Shown piece after piece: positions 1 to 9,365 of a stretch of DNA of 64,000 bases. The translations under genes were made by a program, and so were the position numbers. Origin of the DNA: Eledone cirrhosa (lineage: Eukaryota). The notes under the pieces were generated by a model. That model was not told the DNA's origin. It saw nothing but the letters and a program-made list of their open reading frames with translations, and did not search any database. The stretch covers positions 405,914,001 through 405,978,000 of the forward strand of contig OZ024741.1 of the NCBI GenBank assembly GCA_964016885.1, written 5' to 3'. Positions within the stretch are counted from its first letter, which is position 1. Each line of letters starts with the position of its first letter.

Positions 1-573
1 AATGAAAAAAGGGTAAAGTCTACTGCAAAGAGACTCACAGTAGCAACACCACCAACACCATCACCACCCACACTAGCACCACCATCACCACCGGCGACAA
101 CCCCACCGCCAATAACACCTTCAACACCACCACCACAAGCACCAACATCGCAAACACAACAACAAAACACACACACCCAGCAACAACGACAAGAAAATAG
201 CAGAACTACACCCCACCCCCAGAAAAACAAATGCACGGCAATAAATACACACAACAAGAAACTAATGACTTACATAATTGAACACACAGACATTTCACAA
301 CACGACTACATAATACCAGCACCAATCAAAACGCCAACTAACATAAGACTGCTAAAAATAGCACAGAAACAATACACAAACATTAAAACGAAATTCCCCA
401 ACGCAGTTGGTGATTTCAGAGACCTAGGAGGAACTATCAACCGAAGAGTATATTCGGACATACTCATAGAAGAGCCGACGACCAGCCGAAGGGACGATTC
501 AACGGTCCCTTCACCAGACGATCAAGTGAAAAGGGATGGTAAAACCATCCCTCCTCTACGAAAAGTACGGTAA
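1..573 (+). CDS. C-terminal part of LINE ORF1 (5'-partial), Pro/Thr/Gln-rich
   Basis: Frame 1 is open from base 1 (NEKRVKSTAKRLTVATPPTPSPPTLAPPSPPATTPPP...QTQQQ...) through the listed 265..573 ORF and ends 35 nt before the ORF2 ATG. Assigned by position only; no domain recognised. Confidence 0.7.
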   Translation, partial: NEKRVKSTAKRLTVATPPTPSPPTLAPPSPPATTPPPITPSTPPPQAPTSQTQQQNTHTQQQRQENSRTTPHPQKNKCTAINTHNKKLMTYIIEHTDISQHDYIIPAPIKTPTNIRLLKIAQKQYTNIKTKFPNAVGDFRDLGGTINRRVYSDILIEEPTTSRRDDSTVPSPDDQVKRDGKTIPPLRKVR

Positions 574-608
574 GTGGTCTTTCCCATCTTTTCCACTCTA
601 TTTTAAAC

Positions 609-3600
609 ATGACCTCACTCAGAATAGGCAGCATAAATGCGCGTGGCTTGGGGTCGTCGTGGAAGCAGGGTCACCTGCTCAACGACCTCAGGTCACTAAA
701 CATAGATGTAGTGGCCATCAGCGAGACCAGAATCTCCGAAGCACGTGACTTCGCACCGATCGTCGGCGGCTACGATGTGTACGCATCTCCCAGCCGTCCT
801 GGATCGGGGGGAGGAGTTGCTGTGCTTTTTCGGAGAGGTTTGGATCTCGCCATACGGGCCATCTTCCTGGACCCAGAGGGTAAGTTGGTGGTGCTGGACG
901 TGACCAGCGGAGACGGGCAAGCTTTCAGTCTAGTGGCCGTCTATGCCCCGACAGGAGCAGGGCGGCCTGATTTCTTCCGGCGTCTGGAGACATTTCTTGG
1001 AACGTCCCGCTCTTTAGTGTTAGTGGGCGACTGGAACGGGATCTTAGATGCACGCTGGGACTGTGTGGGATTAGCGGATAGGGGGGGAGGGTGCAAGAGC
1101 CTCACCAACCTGCTCAGGCGTTTTGAACTGTCTGACAGGTACCGATTGGATTTCCCGAATGTGCCAATGTGGACTTGGACAAATCGTATCGGGTCATCCA
1201 GATCATATCTAGATAGAGTATTTTGTAGGGAAATAGATAGGTCTAGCATAGGCTGTCCACAATTCAAGATAGTCAGCTACACGGACCACAAATTCGTGAT
1301 TTGTGTGCTTGACTTAGATAGGCTTCATAGACGAGGACCCGCTACTGGAAGCTAAACTCGTCCTTACCAGCGCGCAAGGCCTACAGAGACCGAATTAGCG
1401 AACTAGTTAAGCGGGCGTTGAGGAGGGCCATCGTCAACAACAAGTGGTGGTTTGCTCTGAAAAGAGCGATTAGAATAGAATCGATTAGGTTTAGTAACGC
1501 TTTAGCAATAGAGAAAAATAGAGCAGAGGGAGAACTAGTTAGAAAATTAGACGAGGCGCTTAGCAAAGGCATTGCGACCGACGTTCTTGCGGCGAAATTG
1601 GCCCTTGACCAATTCTTCAATGCAAAGCACGAAGGCTGCGTTGTCAGAGAAAGGGTGCGTGCTCTCAGTCACGAGGGGACGAAAGCCGTTCAATGGGCCC
1701 GAGTGGCGGAGGCGCGTCGTGGCAACAAAGCCACGATCCGGTCTTTGGTGGACCACGACAGGCACATGCTACTCGATCCCGGGCAAATGTGTGAAGCTTT
1801 TCAGCGACACTTCGCTCAGCTGTTCGGGGGCAGCGGTGGGCCGGGTCGAGGGATGGACTTTAGTGTCTACCTCGACGGACTGCCGCGGCTCTCGGCCACT
1901 GAGGCGAAGTGTTGCGAAAAGCCGATAACAGCCGCTGAAGTAAGGGAGGCAATGACTGGCTGCACAAGGTGTAAATCGCCTGGTTTGGATGGTCTGCTCT
2001 ATGAACTTTACGTACAGATGCCAGACTTGTTCGGAGGCCTCTTGGCGGACGTCTACTGCAACTGGCAACAGAAAGGGAGAATTCCCAGTTCTGTGAGCCG
2101 AGGAGCGGTGGCACTGCTGAGAAAGGATCCGAACAAGGGGGATAACATAGATAATTTCCGGCCCATAACTCTTCTAAACACAGAGTTCAAGATTTTGGCC
2201 AAGGTGCTAGCAAAGAGGTTGGCGCTTGTCGTTGGTGGTCTGGTGGGAGAGGCGCAGACATGCGCCATTCCCGACAGATCCATCCACGACAACCTCCACC
2301 TCATGCGATACATCGTAGAGAGGGTAGCTAGGGAACCTGGCACGGGTGGTTCCTTGATCAATTTAGATCAGTCGAAAGCTTTCGATAGGGTCGACCATCG
2401 TTACCTAGCGGCAGTCCTGAGGGCGGCTGGCTTTGGGCCCGTCTTCAGAGGCTGGATCGCTGCCATGCACAGCGACATCTGCTCTGTGGTGAGAATGAAC
2501 GGTCACCTGTCGGAACCGTTCAACATCATGCGCTCGGTCCGCCAAGGATGTCCCCTCTCGTCCCTCTGTACGTTTTGACTCTCGAGCCATTACTGCACAA
2601 ACTGGAGACGTTGAGGGGGGTCCCGCACGAACTAGGATGCGGAAGATCCGTGTCAGCATATGCGGACGATGTCACCGTAGTGGTGTCGAGCGCCAAACAG
2701 TTCGAGGCGATCGGCACTACACTAAGAGAATATGAAGCGGTGACAGGAGCAATTATCAACCAGGAAAAGTCAGTGGGCCTGCAGCTCGGCACCTGGAGAG
2801 GCAGGTCCATGCCGCTCAACAGTGTCGTCGGACGCTGGACAGACGGGTTAAATTGCTAGGGGTCTGGTTCGTTCCGGACCTCCAGACGGACAAAAACTGG
2901 GACGAGGTAACGAGCAGGGTGGCTTCTCTCACCCAGAAATGGGCGGAGAGGAAGCTATCCCTTAAAGGTCGAGCGGAGGTGGCTAACGCGTACATCACGT
3001 CTGTCATCTGCTACCGCCTCACCGTCGTAGCTTGTCCTAAGCCTCGCCTGACTGCGCTGGAGCGTTTGCTCTTTCGCTTTTTGTGGAAGGGACGCGCTCC
3101 GATGGTCAGGCGGTCCATCTGTTGTCAACACCTGCTACGTGGAGGGCTGGGCATGCCGTGGCTGATGATGCGCAGGCACGCGCTCAGGCTACGACATCTC
3201 CACCTCTTCCTCGACGGTGATCAGGTGTGGTCGCCGTTTGCTAGACACGTATTTCCCCAGCTCGTTTCCTTGACGGAGCTGCAGTCCTGGGTCAAGCGAA
3301 GACCGAGATGAGCGCCTGGAGACTGGAATGTCTTCAGGCGCTCACAGTCCTCGACCAATCGGGCAATGTTATCGGTGGAAACTCCACCTCGGCATTCTAT
3401 AGAGGATTAGTGGAGGGGAAGAGCGACGACGTACTTGGGGAAACTCTAGGCGTCGACGAAAATCAACTAGCCAATCTCTTCGAAAGAACTTTCGGGCCAG
3501 GGCCTATGGACAACTTCCAGAAATCTCTGGCCTGGCAGTGCTACCGAGGAGACTTGCCAGTTCGGGATAAACTCTACAGGCATGGAGGTGCCGTCAGCCG

Positions 3601-4021
3601 GGCATGTCCGAGATGCGCGCAGGGCGACGAAACCGTCCTGCACGCACTCGTCCAGTGTCCGAAAATTGCTGACTTGTGGGTTTATGTCGAACAGCTGCTG
3701 TCGCGTGAAGGACGGATCCGGCTATCATCTGAGTCCATCGTGAGGATTGCCCCGCCCTCTTCCTTTAGCCGGGAAGGGCAGGCAGTTTTTATCTGTCTGG
3801 TGGCCATGGCGAAAGAGATAGTATGGTGGACACGTTTGAAAGGGCTGAAGACGAGCACTTACCTCTTCGGTGATGCTCTGATTGACTTTTTCAAATTTCA
3901 TTTGAAAAGGAAAATCAGAGTAGAGAGGGAAGTGCTCTCTTCCCAGCATTTTGTTGAAAGATAGGTGAGAGAAGCAAGAATGGCCCGAGTGAATGGGCCT
4001 ACTCTGAGTATATATCTGTAA
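609..4021 (+). pseudogene. LINE ORF2 (APE endonuclease, reverse transcriptase, CCHC zinc knuckle), disrupted
   Basis: APE motifs SINARGL, ISETR, VYAP, LVGDWN, YLDRVF, TDH; GP(G)YWKLN linker; RT motifs KSPGLDGL, FRPITLLNTEFKILAK, LDQSKAFDRVDH, VRQGCPLS, YADD (2659); CPRC..ETVLHALVQC (3605-3658). Frameshifts near 1340, 2565, 2846 and 3308. TAG at 3962 is probably a mutated TGG, since the frame continues to TAA 4019-4021. Confidence 0.95.
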
Positions 4022-4250
4022 ATTAAAGGTGGAAAACTGGGAGAGGGCACTTGCCTTGGTGGTCAGGGTCACTGTGGCCTTTTACTGGGCTTTTTCCACA
4101 AATGTCCCTCCGAAGTCTCCCCCCTATTGGGGAATTTTTCATTGTTATTTTTTTGTTACATCCTCTGTTTTTGTTTTTTACACGCAGAAATGCCCATTTG
4201 TACTGTCCTGTATTGTCCTTAATGTCTACTTTATGTAAACCCTTGTGGTT

Positions 4251-4256
4251 AATAAA
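4251..4256 (+). promoter_or_regulatory. Polyadenylation-signal hexamer at LINE 3' end
   Basis: AATAAA 6 nt before the (ATT)n tail. Confidence 0.6.
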
Positions 4257-4260
4257 GAAA

Positions 4261-4262
<2 letters not shown>

Positions 4263-4310
<48 letters not shown>
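4263..4310 (+). repeat. (ATT)16 microsatellite / LINE tail
   Basis: Perfect trinucleotide run directly after the LINE 3' UTR. Confidence 0.95.
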
Positions 4311-4440
4311 TATGGGTGTGTGTGTGGTGGTGTTGGGCGTGGGACAAGTCCTCAGACACGCCTTCCACAGAATCCCATCATAAGCAACCGTCTCCAATCG
4401 ATCCGGCTTGATCCCTCCCTTTACCAACATCACTCTACCA

Positions 4441-4517
4441 CTCTCTCTCTCTTTCTTTTTTACAACTATCTCTCCCTCTCTCTCTGTCTCTCCCTGTATC
4501 TCCCCCTCTCTCTCCCT
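4441..4517. repeat. Imperfect (CT)n polypyrimidine tract
   Basis: ctctctctct...ctctctctgtctctccc. Confidence 0.8.
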
Positions 4518-4525
4518 TCATTAAC

Positions 4526-4612
4526 AAATCTGATGAGCAGATTGGGGCTGGTGTCGAGTGTATAACATTAATATGGATCTTGAGCCACCCAACTGTGAAA
4601 CGTCCGTAACTG
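4526..4612 (+). ncRNA. Type I hammerhead-ribozyme-like motif (stem I degenerate)
   Basis: CTGATGA 4530-36; stem II GCAG/CTGT extended by TTGGG/CCCAA; GAAA 4597-4600; stem III ACG-tc-CGT; GTA site; AATAAA at 4622. Confidence 0.6.
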
Positions 4613-4880
4613 AGCCAAATCAATAAAAACTCACTGTGAAATCTCGTTTTAGTCTTTATATATACACTCTGCTATAGCCTATTATTTTATATAACAGGCT
4701 GAATGAGTTGGGTGTATAACCCAACAAAACTTAAGTACGAGTATGTATCACTTTTGTAACTAATGATATATATATATATATATATATGAACAAAGAGATA
4801 TTTATTTTGCGGGTAATTCAACAAGTTTATTTATTATAACAGATTCGAAGCACTCTACAAGTTTTCCTGGTGTATAATAT

Positions 4881-5636
4881 CAATGATATTAATAAATGGA
4901 AACTATATTTATAAAGCCCTATTTATTTTATTATATATACTAGCAGAAAAACCACCCGAAGTGTGGTTTTCTGCTAGGATGTGTAGTGTGTATATTGATA
5001 TCATACACAAATATATATGCATGTAAATAAAATCGTAATTGACAATATACACAGAAATTGTGTTACACTGTCTTATGTAATCAGTAACGTAATCCATGAT
5101 ACATTTTAAAAAAGACGATATTATATATAAACTGCATTAGGAAATAATTAGTGACGGAAATATATGCGAGCGATTATAAGTGTTATAATATAACGGCCGC
5201 TAACCGGAAGTGTTGACATTTGACAATTTTAAAGAAGTGAATCTTTGAATAAGCTATAAAATATATTTAATCAACAACCACGAAATTTAGTAGATAAATT
5301 ATGTAATATTCATTCATCATTTATTCAAAGTAACCCAACTTATTTTACAAACGGGGTAAAAAAATATTTTCTGGATGCAGTCGCGCACTCCTTTCTTTAT
5401 TATAGTTAAGATTTCAAGGGTACCCCAAAAAAAAACTTTGGTACGCCCTCATCAGATAAAATACAAAATGTGTTTTACAAATAGTGACATACCCGATAAA
5501 CCAGACCTTACCGGTTCAGGTTCCACTTGGATAGTGAAAGAAAAAGAGAAAAACTTCAAATCATTTAGGATGGATATGGAAATGAAGTAGAAGAATAGAC
5601 TGAAAAAATCGTTATATTTAGACGCTAGGTAAATTT
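4881..5636 (-). repeat. Left arm of ~285-bp inverted repeat (hammerhead-bearing, pLTR-like), split by Helitron at 4940-5411
   Basis: 4881-4939 joined to 5412-5636 is the reverse complement of 6707-7000 with scattered substitutions. The ORF track shows the same peptide KKTLVRPHQIKYK..DIPDKPDLTGSG on opposite strands. Confidence 0.9.
4940..5411 (-). mobile_element. Non-autonomous Helitron (472 bp)
   Basis: Minus strand starts TC (TCTTAACTATAATAAAG), ends in hairpin GCAGAAAACCAC-acttcgg-GTGGTTTTTCTG then CTAG. Inserted between A and T with no TSD; the empty site is shown by the uninterrupted repeat arm at ~6940. Confidence 0.85.
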
Positions 5637-6456
5637 TTACAAATGATATTCTTTTCGAATTGATATTCTTCTTAGTTTTCTTAATTGATATTCTTTATAT
5701 TTTTTAATTGATATTTCTTATTTCATATTTTGAAATATATCCTTTTCCGTGATAGTTTTCTAAATACACTCATGGGGTCTCTAATAATATTTCTTTCGTA
5801 ATTGACTATATAGATAATATCTAAATACATATATAAAAGAAATTCTCATCTTTGAAAACCTGTAATATAAAATACCTTATAATTATAGATAAAATAATAT
5901 ATAAAATTTTCTCCACATACATTTTAAGTAAATTCTAAAATCTAATGTAAATAGTGTAACTAATAAACATTGGAGTTATCTTTTCCTTTATAACCTAGCA
6001 CACATAAAGCGTCCTCTCTTCTTAACAACATAGATACTAAAGTCTCTATAATTATAGTTAACTTAATGTTTTCTATCTTGATTGAACTATTTGAAGGTAC
6101 AAAGTTCTTCTATAATAAAATTCGAACTACGTCTTTTTCTTAACTATATATTGAAAATGTAAACACAATATCCTTAAATTATATTTGAATTAATAACAGC
6201 ATGTATAATCACCAATAATATTTATATTTTTATCTATTTCTATAAATATGTATATAATTGACTGGTTGTAATATAATAAGGTAAAGTGTACTTACAAACT
6301 TAATTCCTCATAAAATCTAATTATATACATTATCTATATAATATTATAACTCATGATTTGGTTATATATTTAGAATTTTATGGATTAGTATTCTACCACT
6401 TCAACACATTTTAATTTTTAATTTTTAATTTTTAATTTTTAAATCTACTTGCACCC

Positions 6457-6650
6457 TAATAATAATTGTTTCTACTTTTGGCACAAGGCCAGCAATTACC
6501 CAGTATATTACTGGTACTTTATTTTATCGACCCCGTAAGGATGAAAGGCTAAGTTAACCTCGGCGGGATTTGAACTCAGAATGGCAAGGGCCGTAACTCT
6601 ATGCTGCAAAGCATGGTGTCCGACCCTCTACCGATACTGCCAATTAGCCT
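6457..6650 (-). mobile_element. tRNA-derived SINE, near full length
   Basis: Minus strand: A-box-like TGGCAGTATCGG (6642-6631), B-box GAGTTCAAATCC (6577-6566), core GCCTTTCATCCTTACGGGGTCGATAAAATAAAGTACCAGT, tail GAAACAATTATTATT. Two further copies in the window. Confidence 0.85.
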
Positions 6651-6706
6651 ATCTTTCTTCCTTCTTCTTCATCTTCTTCTGTTATAAAGTATCCTAATAA
6701 TTATTT

Positions 6707-7000
6707 AAATTTACCTAGCGTCTAAATATAACGACTTTTTCAGTCTATTCTTCTACTTCATTTCCATATCCATCCTAAATGATTTGAAATTTTTCTCTTT
6801 TTCTTTCACTATCCAAATGAAACCTGAACCGGTAAGGTCTGGTTTATCGGGTATGTCACTATTTATAAAACAAATTTTGTATTTTATCTGATGAGGGCGT
6901 ACCAAAGTTTTTTTTGTTTTTTTTTTGGTAGCCTTGAAATATATATATAATAAAATAAATATGCTTTTATAAATATAGTTTCCATTTATTAATATCATTG
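6707..7000 (+). repeat. Right arm of ~285-bp inverted repeat (hammerhead-bearing, pLTR-like)
   Basis: Reverse complement of 4881-4939 plus 5412-5636; ends ...AATATCATTG followed by (AT)n. Confidence 0.9.
6880..6957 (+). ncRNA. Type I hammerhead ribozyme motif
   Basis: Stem I TATTTTAT/ATAAAATA (8 bp); CTGATGA 6888-94; stem II GGGCGTACCAAA/TTTGGTAGCCTT (imperfect); GAAA 6936-39; palindromic (AT) stem III; ATA site at 6949; overlapping AATAAA 6954-59. Confidence 0.7.
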
Positions 7001-7137
7001 ATATATATATATATATGTAATACAAATTGTTGAATTTTGAATTATATATATATATGTGTGTGTGTGTATGTGTGTGTGTGTGTATGTTTGTGTGTATGTG
7101 TGTGTGTGTATGTGTGTATGTGTAAATACATATATAC
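7001..7137. repeat. (AT)n and imperfect (TG)n microsatellites
   Basis: (AT) runs at 7001-7016 and 7043-7054, then tgtgtg/tgtatg array to ~7122. Confidence 0.9.
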
Positions 7138-7346
7138 AACTAACACTGCTCTACTCATAAGGCTTCCATGGTGACGCGAGACAAACGGACATTACAGATA
7201 ATAACGTTAAATATATATATATTGGGGTTATAAGAGGCTTAGCTCTGTTTCTCGACCGTTATATCGCGTGACTATCTCCCCCTCCGCCTTTTGGGATTCT
7301 TTCTCACGTCGTGTAGACGCGTTCTTGAGACTAGTAAAATGAGGTA

Positions 7347-7436
7347 TCCTCTTGATAAGTCGGCAGACCTCGCAAGTACTCTATATCTTTATGATATATT
7401 GTTTTTGTTTATGCCACGAAACTACGTAGTCGAGGA
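7347..7436 (+). ncRNA. Type I hammerhead ribozyme motif with U3-A8 core variant
   Basis: Stem I TCCTC/GAGGA; core TTGATAA 7352-58; stem II GT(C)GGCA/TGCCAC; GAAA 7418-21; palindromic stem III ACTACGTAGT; GTC site at 7431. Confidence 0.7.
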
Positions 7437-7505
7437 ATTTAGAAGCAGTTTAGGTATGATACATTTTATTACTAATTATATCTAAATGTTTCTTCTCTCT
7501 TCATA

Positions 7506-7509
<4 letters not shown>

Positions 7510-7542
<33 letters not shown>

Positions 7543-7551
7543 TATAAATAA

Positions 7552-7603
<52 letters not shown>
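7510..7603. repeat. (TA)n microsatellites
   Basis: Two long TA runs separated by gaatataaataag. Confidence 0.95.
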
Positions 7604-7606
<3 letters not shown>

Positions 7607-7676
7607 CGGAGCAAGCAATTATCAAACAATATTTTAAATAAATTAAAATACGATTTAAATATTCACCTGTTCTATT

Positions 7677-7756
7677 GCAGTTATCGACGGTTTCACTAAT
7701 CCAAAGATTGGAAATCCAGAGAATTTCCAATGGAAAGAATTAGATCTTCAGACAGC
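7677..7756 (-). ncRNA. Type I hammerhead motif, copy 1
   Basis: Minus strand GCTGT-CTGAAGA-T-CTAAT...ATTAG-T-GAAA-CCGTCGA-TA-ACTGC; inner stem II ATTGGAAAT/ATTTCCAAT; single mismatches in stems I and III. Confidence 0.65.
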
Positions 7757-8116
7757 TTATTTCCATACCATAAGGGTGCAAATTTCATAGTAAGTCAATA
7801 TTTCGCTTTCTGTCCGACACACACGCAAAATTAGGCCACAAGTAAAAGCTGGTTATTATAAACTTGTTGATCATGCCACTAAAAATAGCAGCGCGATACA
7901 ATATTTTGTTCTCTACATAAGGAGAAAAATCATAAAAGGGTATGGATATTCCAACAGGAACTAGGTACCTATAGAAATATGCATGGTGTTTATAATAGTT
8001 GTGGTTGATGGTACTAATTTGAGATACCAGAACTATAAAAACGAGCTGAGCAAGCAATTATCAAACAATCTTTTAAATAAATTAAAAAAACGATTTAAAT
8101 ATTCACCTGTTCTATT

Positions 8117-8196
8117 GCTGTTACCGACGGTTTAACTAATCAAAAGATTAGAAATCCAGAGAATTTCCAATGGAAAGAATTAGATCTTCAGACAGC
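8117..8196 (-). ncRNA. Type I hammerhead motif, copy 2 (GAAA mutated to TAAA)
   Basis: Minus strand GCTGT-CTGAAGA...TAAA-CCGTCGG-TA-ACAGC; stems I and III perfect, catalytic G12 lost. Confidence 0.55.
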
Positions 8197-8368
8197 TTAT
8201 TTCTATATCATAAGGGTGCAAATCTCATAGTAAGTCAATATTTCGCTTCCTGCCCGACGCATGCGGTCAAGCCGTTATATATATATATATATAAGTTTAT
8301 CCCGGGTTCAATCGGGGGTAACCACAGCAAGTAAGGTACTCAATACATAGCAGAGTACGCATATTTAG

Positions 8369-8483
8369 TATAGAAATGGCTTCTACAGGACTAGAACTGT
8401 TTCATTCGGGAGAATGATCGGGAAGCTTCTTGATAATTTCTCCCAAATGAAACAGTTCTAGTCCTGTAGAAGCCATTTCTATA
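8369..8483. repeat. 115-bp near-perfect palindrome formed by two head-to-head degenerate hammerhead-like units
   Basis: TATAGAAATGGCTTCTACAGGACTAGAACTGTTTCATT is perfectly mirrored; centre GAAGCTTC at 8422-29. Confidence 0.9.
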
Positions 8484-8682
8484 TATGATGTATATATACA
8501 TATAATAGGGTGTAAGTATAGTAGGAGAGGGGGAAACAGAGAGATACAGATTAAATACCAATAGCCGAAGCGGAGTGTGCTCAATGCTTGGGTTAGCAGG
8601 GTTAAATATTAGAGAAGATTTAATATTTAGTATAATGTTCAAGCATTCATTTGATTTTATATATATATATATATATATATAT

Positions 8683-9042
8683 CCACAGATGGTGGATGGG
8701 TGCTACACGAGAATGCTGAGGATGGCTCTGAACATTAATCAGTATACACTGAGGATGAAAAACTCAGAGCTGTACGGGAGCCTCCCAAAAGTCACCTCAA
8801 AAGTGACACAGAGGAGACTGAGGTTAGCTGGACATGCTCACCGACATCCAGAGTTGACATTGCACTCAGTGCTCCTGTGAGAGCCCCTACATGGACACAC
8901 TGGAAGAGGAAGACAAAGGCGTATGTTGATGCCCTAACGACAGACACTGGTCTGTTGGAGACGCAGGACATGGCAGCGATCATGAGGGACAGAGACCGCT
9001 GGAGAGAACTCGTCCATGGATCTCGGGAATTTTACCTGCCCT

Positions 9043-9044
<2 letters not shown>
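8683..9044 (+). mobile_element. 5'-truncated RTE-type LINE, 3'-terminal ORF fragment (decayed)
   Basis: DGCYTRMLRMALN..NSELYGSLPKV..RRLRLAGH..RHPE..LL*EP.HG..GRGR / YVDAL..DTGL...MRDRDRWR is the typical RTE post-RT C-terminus. One nonsense (8878) and a frameshift; (TA)n on both sides. Confidence 0.85.

Positions 9045-9114
<70 letters not shown>
9045..9114. repeat. (AT)n microsatellite
   Basis: Perfect AT run of about 35 units. Confidence 0.95.
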
Positions 9115-9116
<2 letters not shown>

Positions 9117-9244
9117 GTAGGAAAATGGAGAATCTTGGTGTAAGGATGCTGTTAAAACAGCAAAATACTGTCTAATGAGCGTTGGGTAAAATATTACCTG
9201 CAAGGACAGAGATCAGCGGCTAGATGTAAGTTAACTCGAAGAAA

Positions 9245-9365
9245 AGTTCAAATCCCGCCGAGGTTAACTTTGCCTTTCATCTTTACGGAGTCGATAAAAT
9301 AAAGTACAAGTAATGCACTGGGTGATTGCTGGCCTTGTGCCAAAAGTAGAAACAATTATTTATTT
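9245..9365 (+). mobile_element. 5'-truncated copy of the tRNA-type SINE
   Basis: GTTCAAATCCCGCCGAGGTTAAC...GGCCTTGTGCCAAAAGTAGAAACAATTATT matches the reverse complement of 6457-6576. Confidence 0.85.

Larger units (their letters stand above)
1..4310 (+). mobile_element. Non-LTR retrotransposon, L1/Tx1 group, decayed copy; 5' part lies upstream of the window
   Basis: Two-ORF layout (ORF1 stop 573, ORF2 ATG 609), APE-RT-CCHC domain order, ~230-nt 3' UTR, AATAAA at 4251, (ATT)n tail. Confidence 0.93.
7604..8260 (-). mobile_element. ~217-bp direct repeats (7604-7820, 8043-8260) around a ~220-bp core, each repeat carrying a hammerhead; Penelope-pLTR/retrozyme-like
   Basis: Two colinear copies with scattered substitutions and 440-bp period; bounded by (TA)n on both sides. 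Confidence 0.7.

Noticed and set aside
536-4072. Alternative-frame and antisense ORFs overlapping the LINE
   Set aside because: Shadows of GC-rich ORF2 with no independent motifs.
5640-6420. Possible relic GIY-YIG (+ strand, ~6200-6400) or hAT-like (- strand, ~5940-6060) coding sequence
   Set aside because: Only faint resemblance by eye with many stops; not supportable without a profile search.
6560-6645. tRNA gene
   Set aside because: A/B boxes are present but no convincing cloverleaf; continuous with the SINE body.
7138-7222. Possible Helentron/DINE-like small element
   Set aside because: No clear subterminal inverted repeats or second copy to define ends.
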